A stretch of DNA of 64,000 nt from Chrysomallon squamiferum (lineage: Eukaryota > Animalia > Mollusca): NCBI GenBank assembly GCA_012295275.1, contig CM022672.1, forward strand, positions 1,550,001 to 1,614,000, given 5' to 3'. Each line of letters begins with the position of its first letter. The stretch's first letter is position 1. Positions 45,193 through 57,764 of this stretch are shown here, one piece after another. The position numbers were made by a program, and so were the translations under genes. Below the pieces are notes generated by a model. The model did no database searches. It was not told the DNA's origin and saw only the letters and a list, made by a program, of their open reading frames with translations.

Positions 45193-45592
45193 AGGAAAGA
45201 AAACATATTTATATAAACCAAGAAGAAACAACTGGTTGTTATTTTGCTTTATGTTTACCATACTTTTTTTTTTTTTTTTTTTTTTTTGCTCTGAGTTTAG
45301 TTTTAAGATAGTGTTTAAAATACAAAGGTACGAAATTAAAAATAATAATAACAGTAATTATAATTATGAAGAATTTTACCGAATGAGCTTATTTGAACGT
45401 TCTACACCAGCCTTGTTATTTTATATCTTAATATGATAATTTATACAGAATCGTAGTCGGGAACGAGCACATAAAAAAGACACCACGACACTCACCAAAC
45501 CTGTCCACATTTTTATGCATTTTTTTATCTCGTATTCATAACAAAAACCCAAGAAAGATACAGTTTTGTTGTTGTTGTTGTTGCTATTATTA

Positions 45593-45642
<50 letters not shown>

Positions 45643-45682
45643 TGTTGTTGCTATTATTATTTTTATTATTATGATGATGATG

Positions 45683-45716
<34 letters not shown>

Positions 45717-46111
45717 GATATTTTTCTTTATCAAATCTCTTGTGCTATAATTTATAAGGTATTTGAAAAGCTGGTTACGTCATACCACGAACGACTTCTC
45801 ATGTTACTTTATTTTTTTCTTTCGCCAACAATTTCCCACACCCACAAAAAATAAAATCTGACTTTGACAATTATTCAAGGGTATTTTCAAGTCACTTTAC
45901 TTCAGAGACAGCTGACATTCATGTGTAAAATTAACACAATGACTTCATAATAGGAATGAAATGGTGCGTTGATCAGACCAGTTTTAGGCAAACTAAAAAA
46001 AAAAAAAACCGCAACTAACTCGGTTATTTTTTCATTCTTGCCGCAAGAGCAAATAATAGAAAACAGTTCAAACGACAGTAATCGAACCCCAAAAAGATAG
46101 AAAATGTCGTG

Positions 46112-46147
<36 letters not shown>

Positions 46148-47780
46148 GTTGCACAATCCAAAATTAAACGTTTCTGTATACACCTTTATTCTTAAATATG
46201 TACACACGCACATAATACACAGGTATCTGTCCATACACCTGTCCCTCCATAATCAACTCATAAATGCAACAAACATACATGCATACATAGACGATACACA
46301 AATACATGCAGACATAAAATACAAGCCTGCATGAAATCATATATTCGTATGTGCATATATTCATATAAATTCAGCCACACACATACATGCATACATACGT
46401 ACATAAAGAAAGAAAACAAAACGAGGTGAAGCAGAAATATCAAATTACATTTCGACTTCACCCAGATTAACGACCGTCACGGTTCTAGGCAGACGGGTTT
46501 ATGTTGCTAGTCGCCCATAGGCTGTAGAACTTTTACCGCCCCCTCTTCAAGCCCACTTCACCCGTCTTCCCACTTTGTTTATTATATAATATGAAATATA
46601 GGAATTTTTTTTATAAGTTATGGTCTGGAGTGAAGCGAAAGCATGTTTTTAACTGAATTAGGTCAAAAGAGCCCAAATTTTAACACAGCGCTCAAATTCG
46701 ATAATTTAGCGTACAGTCTTCTAAAAAAAAAATGCGCCCAAATGTGCGCGAAAGGCAAACAGTTGACAACACTGGCCAGTAACAGTTTTCACAAGCTGTC
46801 GCCCCTATCATCTTGCCGCCCTAGGCTCTAAGCCTAGAAAGCCTGTATGAGAAATCCGGCCTTGAACGTGGGAGTGAGCCGATTCGCAGCAGTTCACAGG
46901 TTTCTTAAATTTCACAAGATCAGCAAAACCTGTTATTACCAATAAATTATAATAATATTTATAACATGGAACATACACATGTATACATGTAGAATATATC
47001 TTCATATACCACCATCATGAACGTACGATAGACTCCGCAGTGATAATATAAAATGATATTTTCACCATTTTATTTTATTTTGTTTTATTTTAAATTATTA
47101 TTTTATAATAATAATAATAATTATTATACTGAAAACAGAAATAAATGAAAGTACTTATTTGACTTTTTAAACTTTTATCTTATTTATTCATTTAGTTCAT
47201 AATTTTTTATTTTTAAAAAAAATTATTTATTTATTTATATTTTTACTGTATGGAAAGCATTTTTTTGGAAAAAATAATATAATGGTAGAACTAATTTGTA
47301 TTATCACATGCATATAGTACTGAGGCTTGCTGCTTATGTGCTCTTATATTTAGACTGAAATCAAAAAACAGAAAAAAAAAGAAAGAAAGACAGATCGAAG
47401 AATGTTTTATTTGATAACGTCCACAACACACTTTAATCTACGTCTGTCTATAGTTATGTATGTGGTTAAGAACATACAGTGACATGGGATACCATTTTTC
47501 GATTGTCATCATTAAATGTTTTTTTATATGCATTTTCCCTACAGAGAAGTATATATCACGTACGTTATTAGAATACAGATTTTGTTCATTGATAATACAG
47601 TAGGATCGTATTAATATTATCCTTTCCAGTTTCAGTAAATGTTGTTTCTTTCTTTTTATTATTATTATTGTTGTTATTATTATTAATATTATTATTATTG
47701 TTGTTGTTGCTGCTGTAGTGGTGTCGTTATTATTATTGTTATTATTATGTTGTCATCAACATCATCTTCATTATCATAAA

Positions 47781-47814
<34 letters not shown>

Positions 47815-47866
47815 ATCAATAATGTTTTTTTTGTTTTTTTCCCCCTCTCTTTCTCTTTCTTTCCAG

Positions 47867-48007
47867 CAAACTATTTTAACGGTATCTGGGACACTGTCCA
47901 TTCCCTACATGGTGACAAGTAATATTTGTGCTGAAGGTTTGGTTGATGTTCGAGCCAAACTGATGAGCATCACTTTCTTCATGAGCATCAAGACACGTTT
48001 GGTTCAG
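47867..48007 (+). CDS. SLC23A: SLC23 gene A exon 2 (damaged, net -17 nt)
   Basis: ttccag|QTILTVSGTLSIPYMV...; 3' end rearranged relative to 56259-56416. Confidence 0.75.
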
Positions 48008-48160
48008 GTCAGTGGTATATAATTTTTTTTTGTCTTTTATTTTAATTTTTTATTTAAATGAATGTAAGGATGAACGGTTATTCAGTTAAGAAACACCCGT
48101 TTGGTGTTAGGTTTCTTTTTATATATATATAAATGCTGGTTTATATTGTGTTCTCTTCTT

Positions 48161-48191
<31 letters not shown>

Positions 48192-48203
48192 TTCTTCTTC
48201 TTC

Positions 48204-48244
<41 letters not shown>

Positions 48245-48248
48245 TCAG

Positions 48249-48334
48249 ACTGCCTATTATTCAAGGAGGATCTCATACATTCATCCCGCCAATTGTAGCA
48301 ATGATGGCTCTTGATAAGTGGCGCTGTCCTTCAG
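48249..48334 (+). CDS. SLC23A: SLC23 gene A exon 3
   Basis: LPIIQGGSHTFIPPIVAMMALDKWRCPS, flanked by ag/gtaaga. Confidence 0.85.
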
Positions 48335-48759
48335 GTAAGAATTAATAAAATTACTTCCTGTGGCTACGAAGGGATGAAAAATAATATTAAAATTCCTTAT
48401 TTTTATCTGTCATTTCTATGAAACAATGTCAAAGACAAACATAAAAATACAGCATCAGACTTAGTGGATTAAATGACAAATATATAGATAGATAGATAGA
48501 TAGATATGTAGACAGAGAAGGATTAAAAAGATAGATAAGTAAAAATAGATTATAAATAAATGGATGAATGATAACAACTAAGTAAATAAATAATAACCAA
48601 GTATATAATTATAAATAATAACTAATTAAATATCAACTAACTAACTAAGTAACTAAGTAACTAACTAACTAAATAAATAAATAAATAGATTTTTGAAAAT
48701 CTATTATGGCCTTGACAAATTCCTCTAAGTTAATATTTTTTGTTCTTGTTTCATTGCAG

Positions 48760-48809
48760 AACCTGTGCCAGCAAATGAAACTCAACCATGGGAAATCAGG
48801 ATGAGAGAA
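48760..48809 (+). CDS. SLC23A: SLC23 gene A exon 4
   Basis: EPVPANETQPWEIRMRE, flanked by ttgcag/gtaaaa. Confidence 0.85.
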
Positions 48810-49033
48810 GTAAAACATTTCTACACTTTTAATAAAACATTTGTTAACAGCAGGTTTAAGGAAAAAACTTTAAAATGAAAGTCTTGCAATTTTGAGAACT
48901 TTAATGAAATAACATATATTTTGAGTATATTATTTGTGTATTTTGACTACATATTATTATATGGGTATGTAAACACATTTATATTTATTTACTACTATTT
49001 GTTACTGCTCTCTCTTTCAATTCTCTGCTGCAG

Positions 49034-49215
49034 ATACAAGGCAGTTTGATGCTGGCGTCTTTAACTCAAGTCATCATTGGATTAACGGGGCTGATCGGGT
49101 TTCTTCTTCGTTTTATTGGTCCTCTGACAATCGCTCCAACCATCGCCTTGATCGGGATATCATTGTCTGGGGTTGTTATAGATTTCTGCAAATCTCAGTG
49201 GGGTATAGCTATGCT
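49034..49215 (+). CDS. SLC23A: SLC23 gene A exon 5
   Basis: IQGSLMLASLTQVIIGLTG...FIGPLTIAPTIALIG...WGIAML. Confidence 0.9.
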
Positions 49216-49865
49216 GTACGTATCTATAACAAACAAATTAAATAAGTATACAGAAATCAACTAGTCATCACTCACACTGAGTCAGGCGCCCCTAAACACT
49301 CTTTATTAAACTTCGCTGACACTTTTCAGCTGACTTTATGGTAAATTTTTTCTCTGAGGTAGGGCCACATTGCACAGTATCAGTGATTGTCTATTTTTTG
49401 TAGAAACGCTCCTACTGACGAGAAATCCTGAACTTGTATAAACTAGAATGAAATAGACTGTTACGTATATAACTGATCTCTGTATGTTAAGTAGAATGCA
49501 GATCACTTGCTACATATATTTCCTGTATTATACTGTATTTTAGGTAATTTAAGATGAAGTTATGACTAGATTCCATTATTGTAAATAATATTATGGTACT
49601 TAGAATATCAAAGAATATTTATAAATTCATTACTGATGTTTTAAACTAGAATGTATTACATATTCGGATACTTTATTTTTTACGTAGTTTAAGGCACAGC
49701 AGATGAATTTATAACTAGATTATATAACTGGCTCTTCACAAAAACATTCACACCATAATGGAAATAAACGATATTCTCTTTATTTCAAAACTCTCGTAAA
49801 GTTAACATCGTAAAACGCAGTATATTAAAGACAACTTTCTCATATTTAAAACAATATATTTTCAG

Positions 49866-49983
49866 AACCACTGCCCTGGTCTTGTTGTTCTGTCTGTTTC
49901 TGTCAGAGATTAAAATACCGATTCCAGTGTTTAAGTCCAAGCGTTGTCAGATTTCCAGATATCCAGTTTTCAAAGTAGCTCCG
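49866..49983 (+). CDS. SLC23A: SLC23 gene A exon 6
   Basis: TTALVLLFCLFLSEIKIPIPVFKSKRCQISRYPVFKVAP, flanked by ttcag/gtaagt; phases fit exons 5 and 7. Confidence 0.85.
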
Positions 49984-50135
49984 GTAAGTACTTTTGTATA
50001 TACATACATAAGATATATATAAGATGCATGCACTCACATACACAAGAATATATATAAAATTACATATACACGCATGCACACACACACACACTCACACAAA
50101 CACACACACGCATATATCTATATATGTGTGTGTGT

Positions 50136-50181
<46 letters not shown>

Positions 50182-50380
50182 ACCCATATATTCGAATACA
50201 AAATAGTGAACCGCAATAATTATAACACTATTACTAAACATCAGGTCAGGGCAGACAACTCGAATTATCAGAAAAAATAACATAATTTGTTAGTGATGTT
50301 TTTATATCGTTTTTCGACTTGTTTATTTATGCGTGTCTGTGTGTCTGTATTTTGTCTAGCTGTTATTATGATTATTTCAG

Positions 50381-50537
50381 ATTTTGCTTGGAGTTGCCAT
50401 TTCCTGGTTACTGTGTTTTATTCTGACCGAGACGGAGGTGTTCACGTCAAATTCCACGTTGCCGGCGTACAAAGCCAGGACTGACGTCAACCTCGACGCC
50501 GTGACCAACGCTCCGTGGTTTTACTTCCCCTACCCAC
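50381..50537 (+). CDS. SLC23A: SLC23 gene A exon 7 (alternative end at 50573)
   Basis: ILLGVAISWLLCFILT...ARTD...APWFYFPYP; donor gttcgt is duplicated. Confidence 0.85.
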
Positions 50538-50589
50538 GTTCGTTCTTTCCCTGGTTTTACTTCCCCTACCCACGTTCGTTCTTTCCGTG
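50513..50589 (+). repeat. 36-bp tandem duplication spanning the exon 7 donor
   Basis: cc(g/c)tggttttacttcccctacccacgttcgttcttt x2, followed by ccgtg. Confidence 0.95.
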
Positions 50590-50740
50590 ACGACGTAGCT
50601 TTACAAAATAAAATAATTTTAAGTCTTTTGGAAATAATTATGTAAAGATTTTTTGTAAACTACCTCATCAAACCAGCTAATATAACTAGTCTAACTTCGA
50701 AAATCGCTAATTTTGTATGATGATTATAGAAATCCTTCTT

Positions 50741-50771
<31 letters not shown>

Positions 50772-51113
50772 TTATTATAGTTGTTCTTGTTCTTGCTGTT
50801 ACTGATATTGATGTTGTTGTTGTTGCTGTTTCATACTGTGAAAAAAAAAAAAAAAAAAAAAAAAATCATCTCATTTATTTAAATGGTTTGCCAAAGGCTT
50901 AGATATATACCGTCATGTTTATTAGAAAATACATGTAAAATTATTTCATGTAGCTAATAGATAAGATAAACTAAAAGGGTATGGCAATTTTTTTTGCTTT
51001 TATTATCATGTTAAGCTAGAAAGCACATAGCGGACACTTGATAATACTTAATAAAATGTGCTGAGTTATTTACATAATTTATTCAGCGAATATCGAGATC
51101 TCTGTGATTTCAG

Positions 51114-51367
51114 TTCAGTTTGGAACTCCGACAATCAGCGCTGCTAGTTTTGTGGGCCTCCTAGCGGCCACCATCAGCTCCATCATCGAGTCGATTGGAG
51201 ATTATTTCGCTTGCGCCAGGTTGTCCGAGGCGCCTCCCCCTCCCCCTCACGCTATCAACAGAGGCATCGCAATGGAGGGATTTTCCAGCATCATTTCTGG
51301 TCTCGTTGGGGCAGGACACGCAACAACGTCGTACAGTGGAAACATTGGCGAAATATCTGTAACAAAG
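51114..51367 (+). CDS. SLC23A: SLC23 gene A exon 8 (TM8-TM10, NAT signature)
   Basis: QFGTPT...[13 protein letters not shown]...[11 protein letters not shown]...[15 protein letters not shown]. Confidence 0.92.
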
Positions 51368-51624
51368 GTATAATAATACTTCGTAAATGTGTGTTTCGTT
51401 CTATTTTAAAAGCTCCTGAAACAGTGACAAATCTGCAGAATAAACGTTTTAAAGTCAAAAAAACAACAACATTTCTATGTATAATATGACAAAGGAATAT
51501 CGGTATTTAAGACTCGAAATTTCAGACTATTACTTTTCTTATCAACATCATCATCATCATCATCATCAACAATAACATCATTATTCTATTCGGATCTTTC
51601 TACAACAATACTACTGCGTTGCAG

Positions 51625-51898
51625 GTAGCAAGTAGAAGAGTCTTCCAATGCGCTGGTTTACTACTCATTGTGTTTGGCATTATCGGCAAGTTTGGTGCGG
51701 TTATCACACTGATTCCTGAACCAGTGATTGGCGGTCTAAATGTCGTATCTCTTGGCTTGGTCACGGCAGTGGGAATATCCTCATTGCAGTTTTGTGATCT
51801 CTCCTCATCCAGAAACCTCACCATCATTGCTGTGTCGTTTATGCTTGGAATGGCGGTTCCTCAGTTTATAATCAGCAATCAGGATGCTATCGATACAG
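51625..51898 (+). CDS. SLC23A: SLC23 gene A exon 9
   Basis: VASRRVFQ...KFGA...IPEPVIGG...LQFCDLSSSRNL. Confidence 0.92.
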
Positions 51899-52010
51899 GT
51901 AGAACAATCTTTACGTTTACGTCGTAAAACGTAATATCATGGCAATAGAAGTATGACTGTTGTATGCTGCTGTACACTATCATTTCTGAGGATCATAACT
52001 ACTGTTTATG

Positions 52011-52155
<145 letters not shown>

Positions 52156-52212
52156 AGAGAGAGAGAGAGAGAGAGAGAGAGTAAAAACGATGATATCTTT
52201 TATCTATTACAG

Positions 52213-52308
52213 GTTTTCCAGAGTTAGATCAAGTGTTAAATGTGCTGCTAGGTACGGCAATGGTCGTGGGCGGAGGAACTGGATTCATTCTGGACAACAT
52301 TGTACCCG
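52213..52308 (+). CDS. SLC23A: SLC23 gene A exon 10
   Basis: [31 protein letters not shown]. Confidence 0.9.
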
Positions 52309-52746
52309 GTTTGTATCACACATCACCCACCGTGCAGCTGTTTCTTTCAGTTCAGACAACTCAACAATCAGCTAGTTTTAATTTTCAACACTATATCTTT
52401 TTTTTTTTTTTTAAATTGATAAAGGTGTCGTTTTTAATGCGAAGACTCTTTTCTCTTTACAATGTTCTTCATATAACAAAGATTTTATCCGTTGTTTCTG
52501 ATTTGTTTTTAATTAAATAATTCAGTTTTTAACCGTAAGAATAAATATAAACAGTGTTTTCTCGTGATTTTTCTAATTTAATTTTCTACTGGCAGGTGCA
52601 AATACAACGTTCGTCTAAGCTTGTTGTGGTTGTGTTCCCTCTCGCATCATTATTATTATTATAAAACGACAGTGTGTTCTACAGACTATGGAAGTAAAAA
52701 ACACATCACCATGTGTTTAGTATCGTTTCATTATTTATTCATACAG

Positions 52747-53009
52747 GTACTCTGGACGAGCGAGGCATGACGGCTTGGAGAAAGACTCTTTCAGGACAAA
52801 CTGACTCCTCACAGAAAAGTCATACGACACTGGAAGTCTACGATCTACCTTTCATTTCCAAACTCACTCGTAAAGTCAGATGTTGTCGCTATGTTCCTTT
52901 CCTGCCCGGGTTTTCTCCAGATGTCAGATGCTGTTCCAGGGGAAAAGAGAAGACTGACAGTGTCAGTCATGTATATGAACAACCCGTAGTGCTGGACGAA
53001 AGATTGTAG
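52747..53009 (+). CDS. SLC23A: SLC23 gene A exon 11 (terminal)
   Basis: GTLDERGMTAW...YDLPF...YVPFLP...DERL*. Confidence 0.9.
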
Positions 53010-53267
53010 TTGTTATTTAGACATAAATGAATGAACATGTATTATAATCATTATTTTTATTAATAGTATTATGTTTGGTCCGGTTTTGATTAAATGTCTA
53101 GAAATTAAGTGGTGTTTCTTTTCCTTAACTTTCAAGATAATACAATAATTTACGACTCTGTGTGTGAATAGGTGTATGTTTGTTTGTGTGTATGTGTGAA
53201 TTTGTTTATTGTTTATGCGAGATTGGTTGAAACTGTCATACCAGAGTGAATGAATGATTTTTTGATC

Positions 53268-53382
<115 letters not shown>

Positions 53383-53460
53383 ATTTCCAGTTATAGAGTA
53401 TAATTATAAAGACCTCTATCAGTAGTATATGGAATTAAAAGTACAAATGACAACTGCAGC

Positions 53461-53466
53461 AATAAA
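53461..53466 (+). terminator. Candidate polyadenylation signal of gene A (copy at 60051-60056)
   Basis: AATAAA about 450 nt after the stop codon; weak evidence in AT-rich DNA. Confidence 0.3.
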
Positions 53467-54447
53467 TAAAATATTGTCGTTATTCCGTGATCAAAATGTC
53501 TCGCACGAGCCAGTCTCAGCCAAGTAAAGGGAGAAAACTAATGAGAGTAATGTTTTTCTGAAATTATCTCCCTTAGTTTATATTCGGAATCGTTTATATT
53601 CAAAGGAATTTTATATGCATGTTAATATATGTATATATTCCTATTTCTGATACCACTTCTAGAGGCAAAAAGCAACAACAACCTTTTACACATGTGTGTA
53701 TGTATGTTTCTTTTGTATTTGCATGAGTATTTATGTTTCCGTGTTTGTGTGTGCATGTATTTTAGGATTTGTTTGTACGTCTGAATAGACTCTGCACATA
53801 GACAATATTCGGGAACGCACTGATGCAGGAGGACAAAGTCCAATCACGACCTCACAAACCCGTCAGATGCCGCTGACGAGACTCGAGAGTATGACTCCCA
53901 TTTGCCCGCACTCCGAAATAATTATATTTATACATTCCTATTTCAGATAGCTTTTCTGGAGATACAAAAAAACAAACAATTAAAAAACCCACTTTTATAT
54001 TTTGTTTGCACGACAATTTATGTTTCTGTGTTTTGTATATGTGTATGTATGTATGTATGTATGTATGTTTATATATATAAAGGATGAAGTAGACCTTTGA
54101 CACTACAAAGAAATAGTCTTTATATATAACAATATTAGTTTGTTATGAGCGACAATACGTGTCAGAAAGCAGTACAATAACGACTTGCAAGTGCAAAGAA
54201 TTGTACTGGGATATTTATTCGTACCTTTACATGCAAACCTTGACGTCATTAAACTTACGGATCATGTAATACAACCTTAAAAGCAAATAAAGTTCATGTA
54301 TGTGTGTCAAGGTTTTGTAAAACCGACTGAATGGGTGTATAATATTTAAAAAAATCAATTAAACACAACACAGAGAGAGAGATAAAAAGAGAAGACTGAA
54401 AGAGGCAGAAGACTGGAAAGAGGCAACTCTTGGGTAGAGATAACGAG

Positions 54448-54567
54448 ATGGAAATAAGTAATTGCAAGGTTGACAATCCCGAGATGGAAACCACAAAGAA
54501 GCGTCAGATAGTGTACGGAATTGAAGAACATCCACACTATTTACTCTGGCCTGTGTTCGCACTGCAG
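54448..54567 (+). CDS. SLC23A: SLC23 middle copy exon 1
   Basis: MEISNCKVDNPEMETTKKRQIVYGIEEHPHYLLWPVFALQ|gtaaat; in-frame stop upstream. Confidence 0.8.
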
Positions 54568-56258
54568 GTAAATGTGTTGTTTTTTTATAGGTGACAGTGT
54601 AAATAATGTCGGTTTGCCTTATTTTAGATTTCAGTATATATATATATATATATTTAATTATTTTTATTTCTTTGTTTATGTGTGTGTGTGAATGTTGTTT
54701 ATTTAACATACTTTTCTACTTCCTTCTCGTACGTTTTGGTATTTTTACTTGACTCGATGGTTTATTTTTTTTTTTTATTGAATATCTGTTATTTCTAATA
54801 ATACTCGATTATGTTAAATTACTTACTTTTATTGTTTTTAAATTCTTGATATATGTTAATTATGTTAATATTAAAAATGAAAAAGACAAAAGAACGAAAG
54901 ACAATAAATGTTAAGCATTCATTATAATGAAACTATAGAAAGGACGATGTTTTTAATTTTTTAATTTTTTTTAATGATTTTTGTAATCATCGTATATTAT
55001 CAATCTAAATTATTAAATCCAAAAGATTAACAGTTAATTCACTAAATTATATATTACAAAAACAATTAATACGAAATAACAGAGTTGTATTGTTTAAAAG
55101 AACTAAATGTTAAATGAGCTTGCATAGCCTGTATAACACTATAAGTATTTCAGATCAGTAAATACGTAAACAGTTTTGTTACATTTGTTCATACATTCGT
55201 CTCGCCTAGACTGAATTCTCTTTTGATTACACATTATCACTCAAGCGTGCTGTTAACTTTAAAAAATACTGGCGTATTTTAATTCAAAGCCTGTGTTAGA
55301 GCTAGAAAGAAGCAAATACCCCGACATGTCACGAAATGTGAGTAGTGTGATAAAGCTTGATTTGGCCTACATAAAATGTATTAACTGGGGATCGTATTCC
55401 CAACAACAGAAACAACAAACAAACCTCAACCCTCCCCCCACCACCAGAAAAAGAAAACTCACAGCCAGTAAGTAATAACAGAGAAATAAAGACATAAAAA
55501 AAAGAAAGGGTTCAGATGTAACTAGTGACATGTATATCAAACGTACTTTCTGCTTGATAGATTCATGTATGTATTTTGACTACTTTTTTTAAAAAATACC
55601 GCAGTAATCAATCATTATATTTTCCTTCTTCAACATATTACTGAGAAATATTTTCTTCAGCGCTAACTCTTTCCAAATCAGGAAGAGGAAAAAAAAAAAA
55701 GAAAAAAAGATACTCCTGCAAAAATACCTTTTTTATTTTTAAAAGAAACTTTCTGGAATTCACTATCAAACTACAAGAATGTGGGCATTGTTCAAAGGAT
55801 CACATACAGCTTGTTTATATGTCAAAGGAAGAAACTGCACATCAGGGTTTAAGAGCAAAGATGACGCATAAAGGCTAGTGAGCCATGATATTACACTCTG
55901 TATACCTTCCTGTCTGTAGGGAAGAGCCTACTAAAGATTCTTTTTTTCTAACTGAAAAGCTTTTAACTCTGTCAGTGTTAATTAACCATAAATACGATTC
56001 CGTGAAATCCTGCATTAATCATACGACTGCTTCTTTGTCTTAAAATAAAATATTTACTCCCTTTTTCCGTCCCATTCAAATTGTCAAGTAGGCGAAAATA
56101 AATGTTTATCTGAACAATTGCAATATTTTTAACGTGTTATTTAAAAAACTGCATTTATCATGTTATTATTCATTGACATAATATAATATTACAGTACCAA
56201 TTTACAGGCGTCAGTCACTTTTTTTATTATTATTTTTTTTTTATTGTTATCTTTCCAG

Positions 56259-56416
56259 CAAACTATTTTAACGATATCTGGGACACTGTCCATTCCCTAC
56301 ATGGTGACAAGTAATATTTGTGCTGAAGGTTTGGTTGATGTTCGAGCCAAACTGATGAGCATCGCTTTCTTCATGTGCGGAATTGCTACCATCCTACAAG
56401 ACACGTTTGGTGTTAG
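56259..56416 (+). CDS. SLC23A: SLC23 middle copy exon 2
   Basis: QTILTISG...FFMCGIATILQDTFGV. Confidence 0.85.
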
Positions 56417-56486
56417 GTCAGTGCTGGTTTAATTGTGTTCTCTTCTTCTTCTTCTTCTTCTTCTTCTTCTTCTTCTTCTTCTTCTT

Positions 56487-56549
<63 letters not shown>

Positions 56550-56553
56550 TCAG

Positions 56554-56639
56554 ACTGCCTATTATTCAAGGAGGATCTCATATTTTCATCCCGCCAATTG
56601 TAGCAATGATGGCGCTAGATAAGTGGCGCTGTCCTTCAG
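56554..56639 (+). CDS. SLC23A: SLC23 middle copy exon 3
   Basis: LPIIQGGSHIFIPP... Confidence 0.85.
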
Positions 56640-56771
56640 GTAAAAACAGTAGGACTATTTCTTATCATAAAAAGTTGTAAATGTACTTCTCCCAGTATTG
56701 ATGACAATAACAATAACATTCCATTATTGTGACTGATTTATAGCTAGCTAGATAGACAGATCGATAGGTAG

Positions 56772-56812
<41 letters not shown>

Positions 56813-56894
56813 GTTAAGTAAGTCAGTGTTTATTAAGATTCTGCAAGATTTAACAAATCTTTTAAAATAAACTTCTTTTCTTGTTTCATTGCAG

Positions 56895-56944
56895 AACCTG
56901 TGCCAGCTAATGAAACTCAACCATGGGAGATCAGGATGAGAGAG
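56895..56944 (+). CDS. SLC23A: SLC23 middle copy exon 4
   Basis: EPVPANETQPWEIRMRE|gtatgt. Confidence 0.8.
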
Positions 56945-57304
56945 GTATGTTGTTTTTGTACGTGTGTGTTGTATATTTGTGTGTGTCTGCGTGCTTGTTT
57001 GTCTGCAAGTGGTGGTGTGTATATCCTAACTGATGACAATCACTGGTATTAACACCGACTTCATTATTCACTCAAAGAAAAAAAACGAAAAAAAAACAAA
57101 TCGCAACAAAGAAAGAAACAATAACAAATACAAATTCGGACACTGTAAGCTCCGTGACAACGTAGCTTTACAAAACAAAATAATTTTAAGTCTTTTGGAA
57201 ATAATTATGTAAATATTTTGTTTAAACTACCTCATCAAACCAGCTAATATAACTAGTCTAACTTCGAAAATTGCTAATTTTGTATGATGATTATAGAAAT
57301 CCTT

Positions 57305-57382
<78 letters not shown>

Positions 57383-57764
57383 GTTATTGTTATTATTATT
57401 ATTACCACTATTATTATTTTTAATTTTTTCTTCTTTTCATTTTTCTTCTTCTTATTATTATTATTTTATTTCTTCTTCTTTTTCTTATTATTATTATTAT
57501 TATTGCTGTTGTTGTTGTTGTTGTTGTTATTATTCATATTCACATTGTTGTCTCAGATTGTGAAAAAAAACCCACCCTCATCTCTATCATTTGAATGGTT
57601 TGTCAAAGACCTAGATACACATCATCATGTTTTATTAGAAAACACATGTAAAATATTTCATGTACCTAACAGATAAGAGAAACTTAATAATATTTAATAA
57701 AATATGCTGATTTATTTACATAATTTATTCAGCGAATACAGTATCGAGATCTCTGTGATTTCAG

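Noticed and set aside
51211-51827. Overlapping alternate-frame and antisense ORFs in SLC23 exons 8-9 (and 57862-58476)
   Set aside because: Shadows of real coding exons; no independent start context or family similarity.
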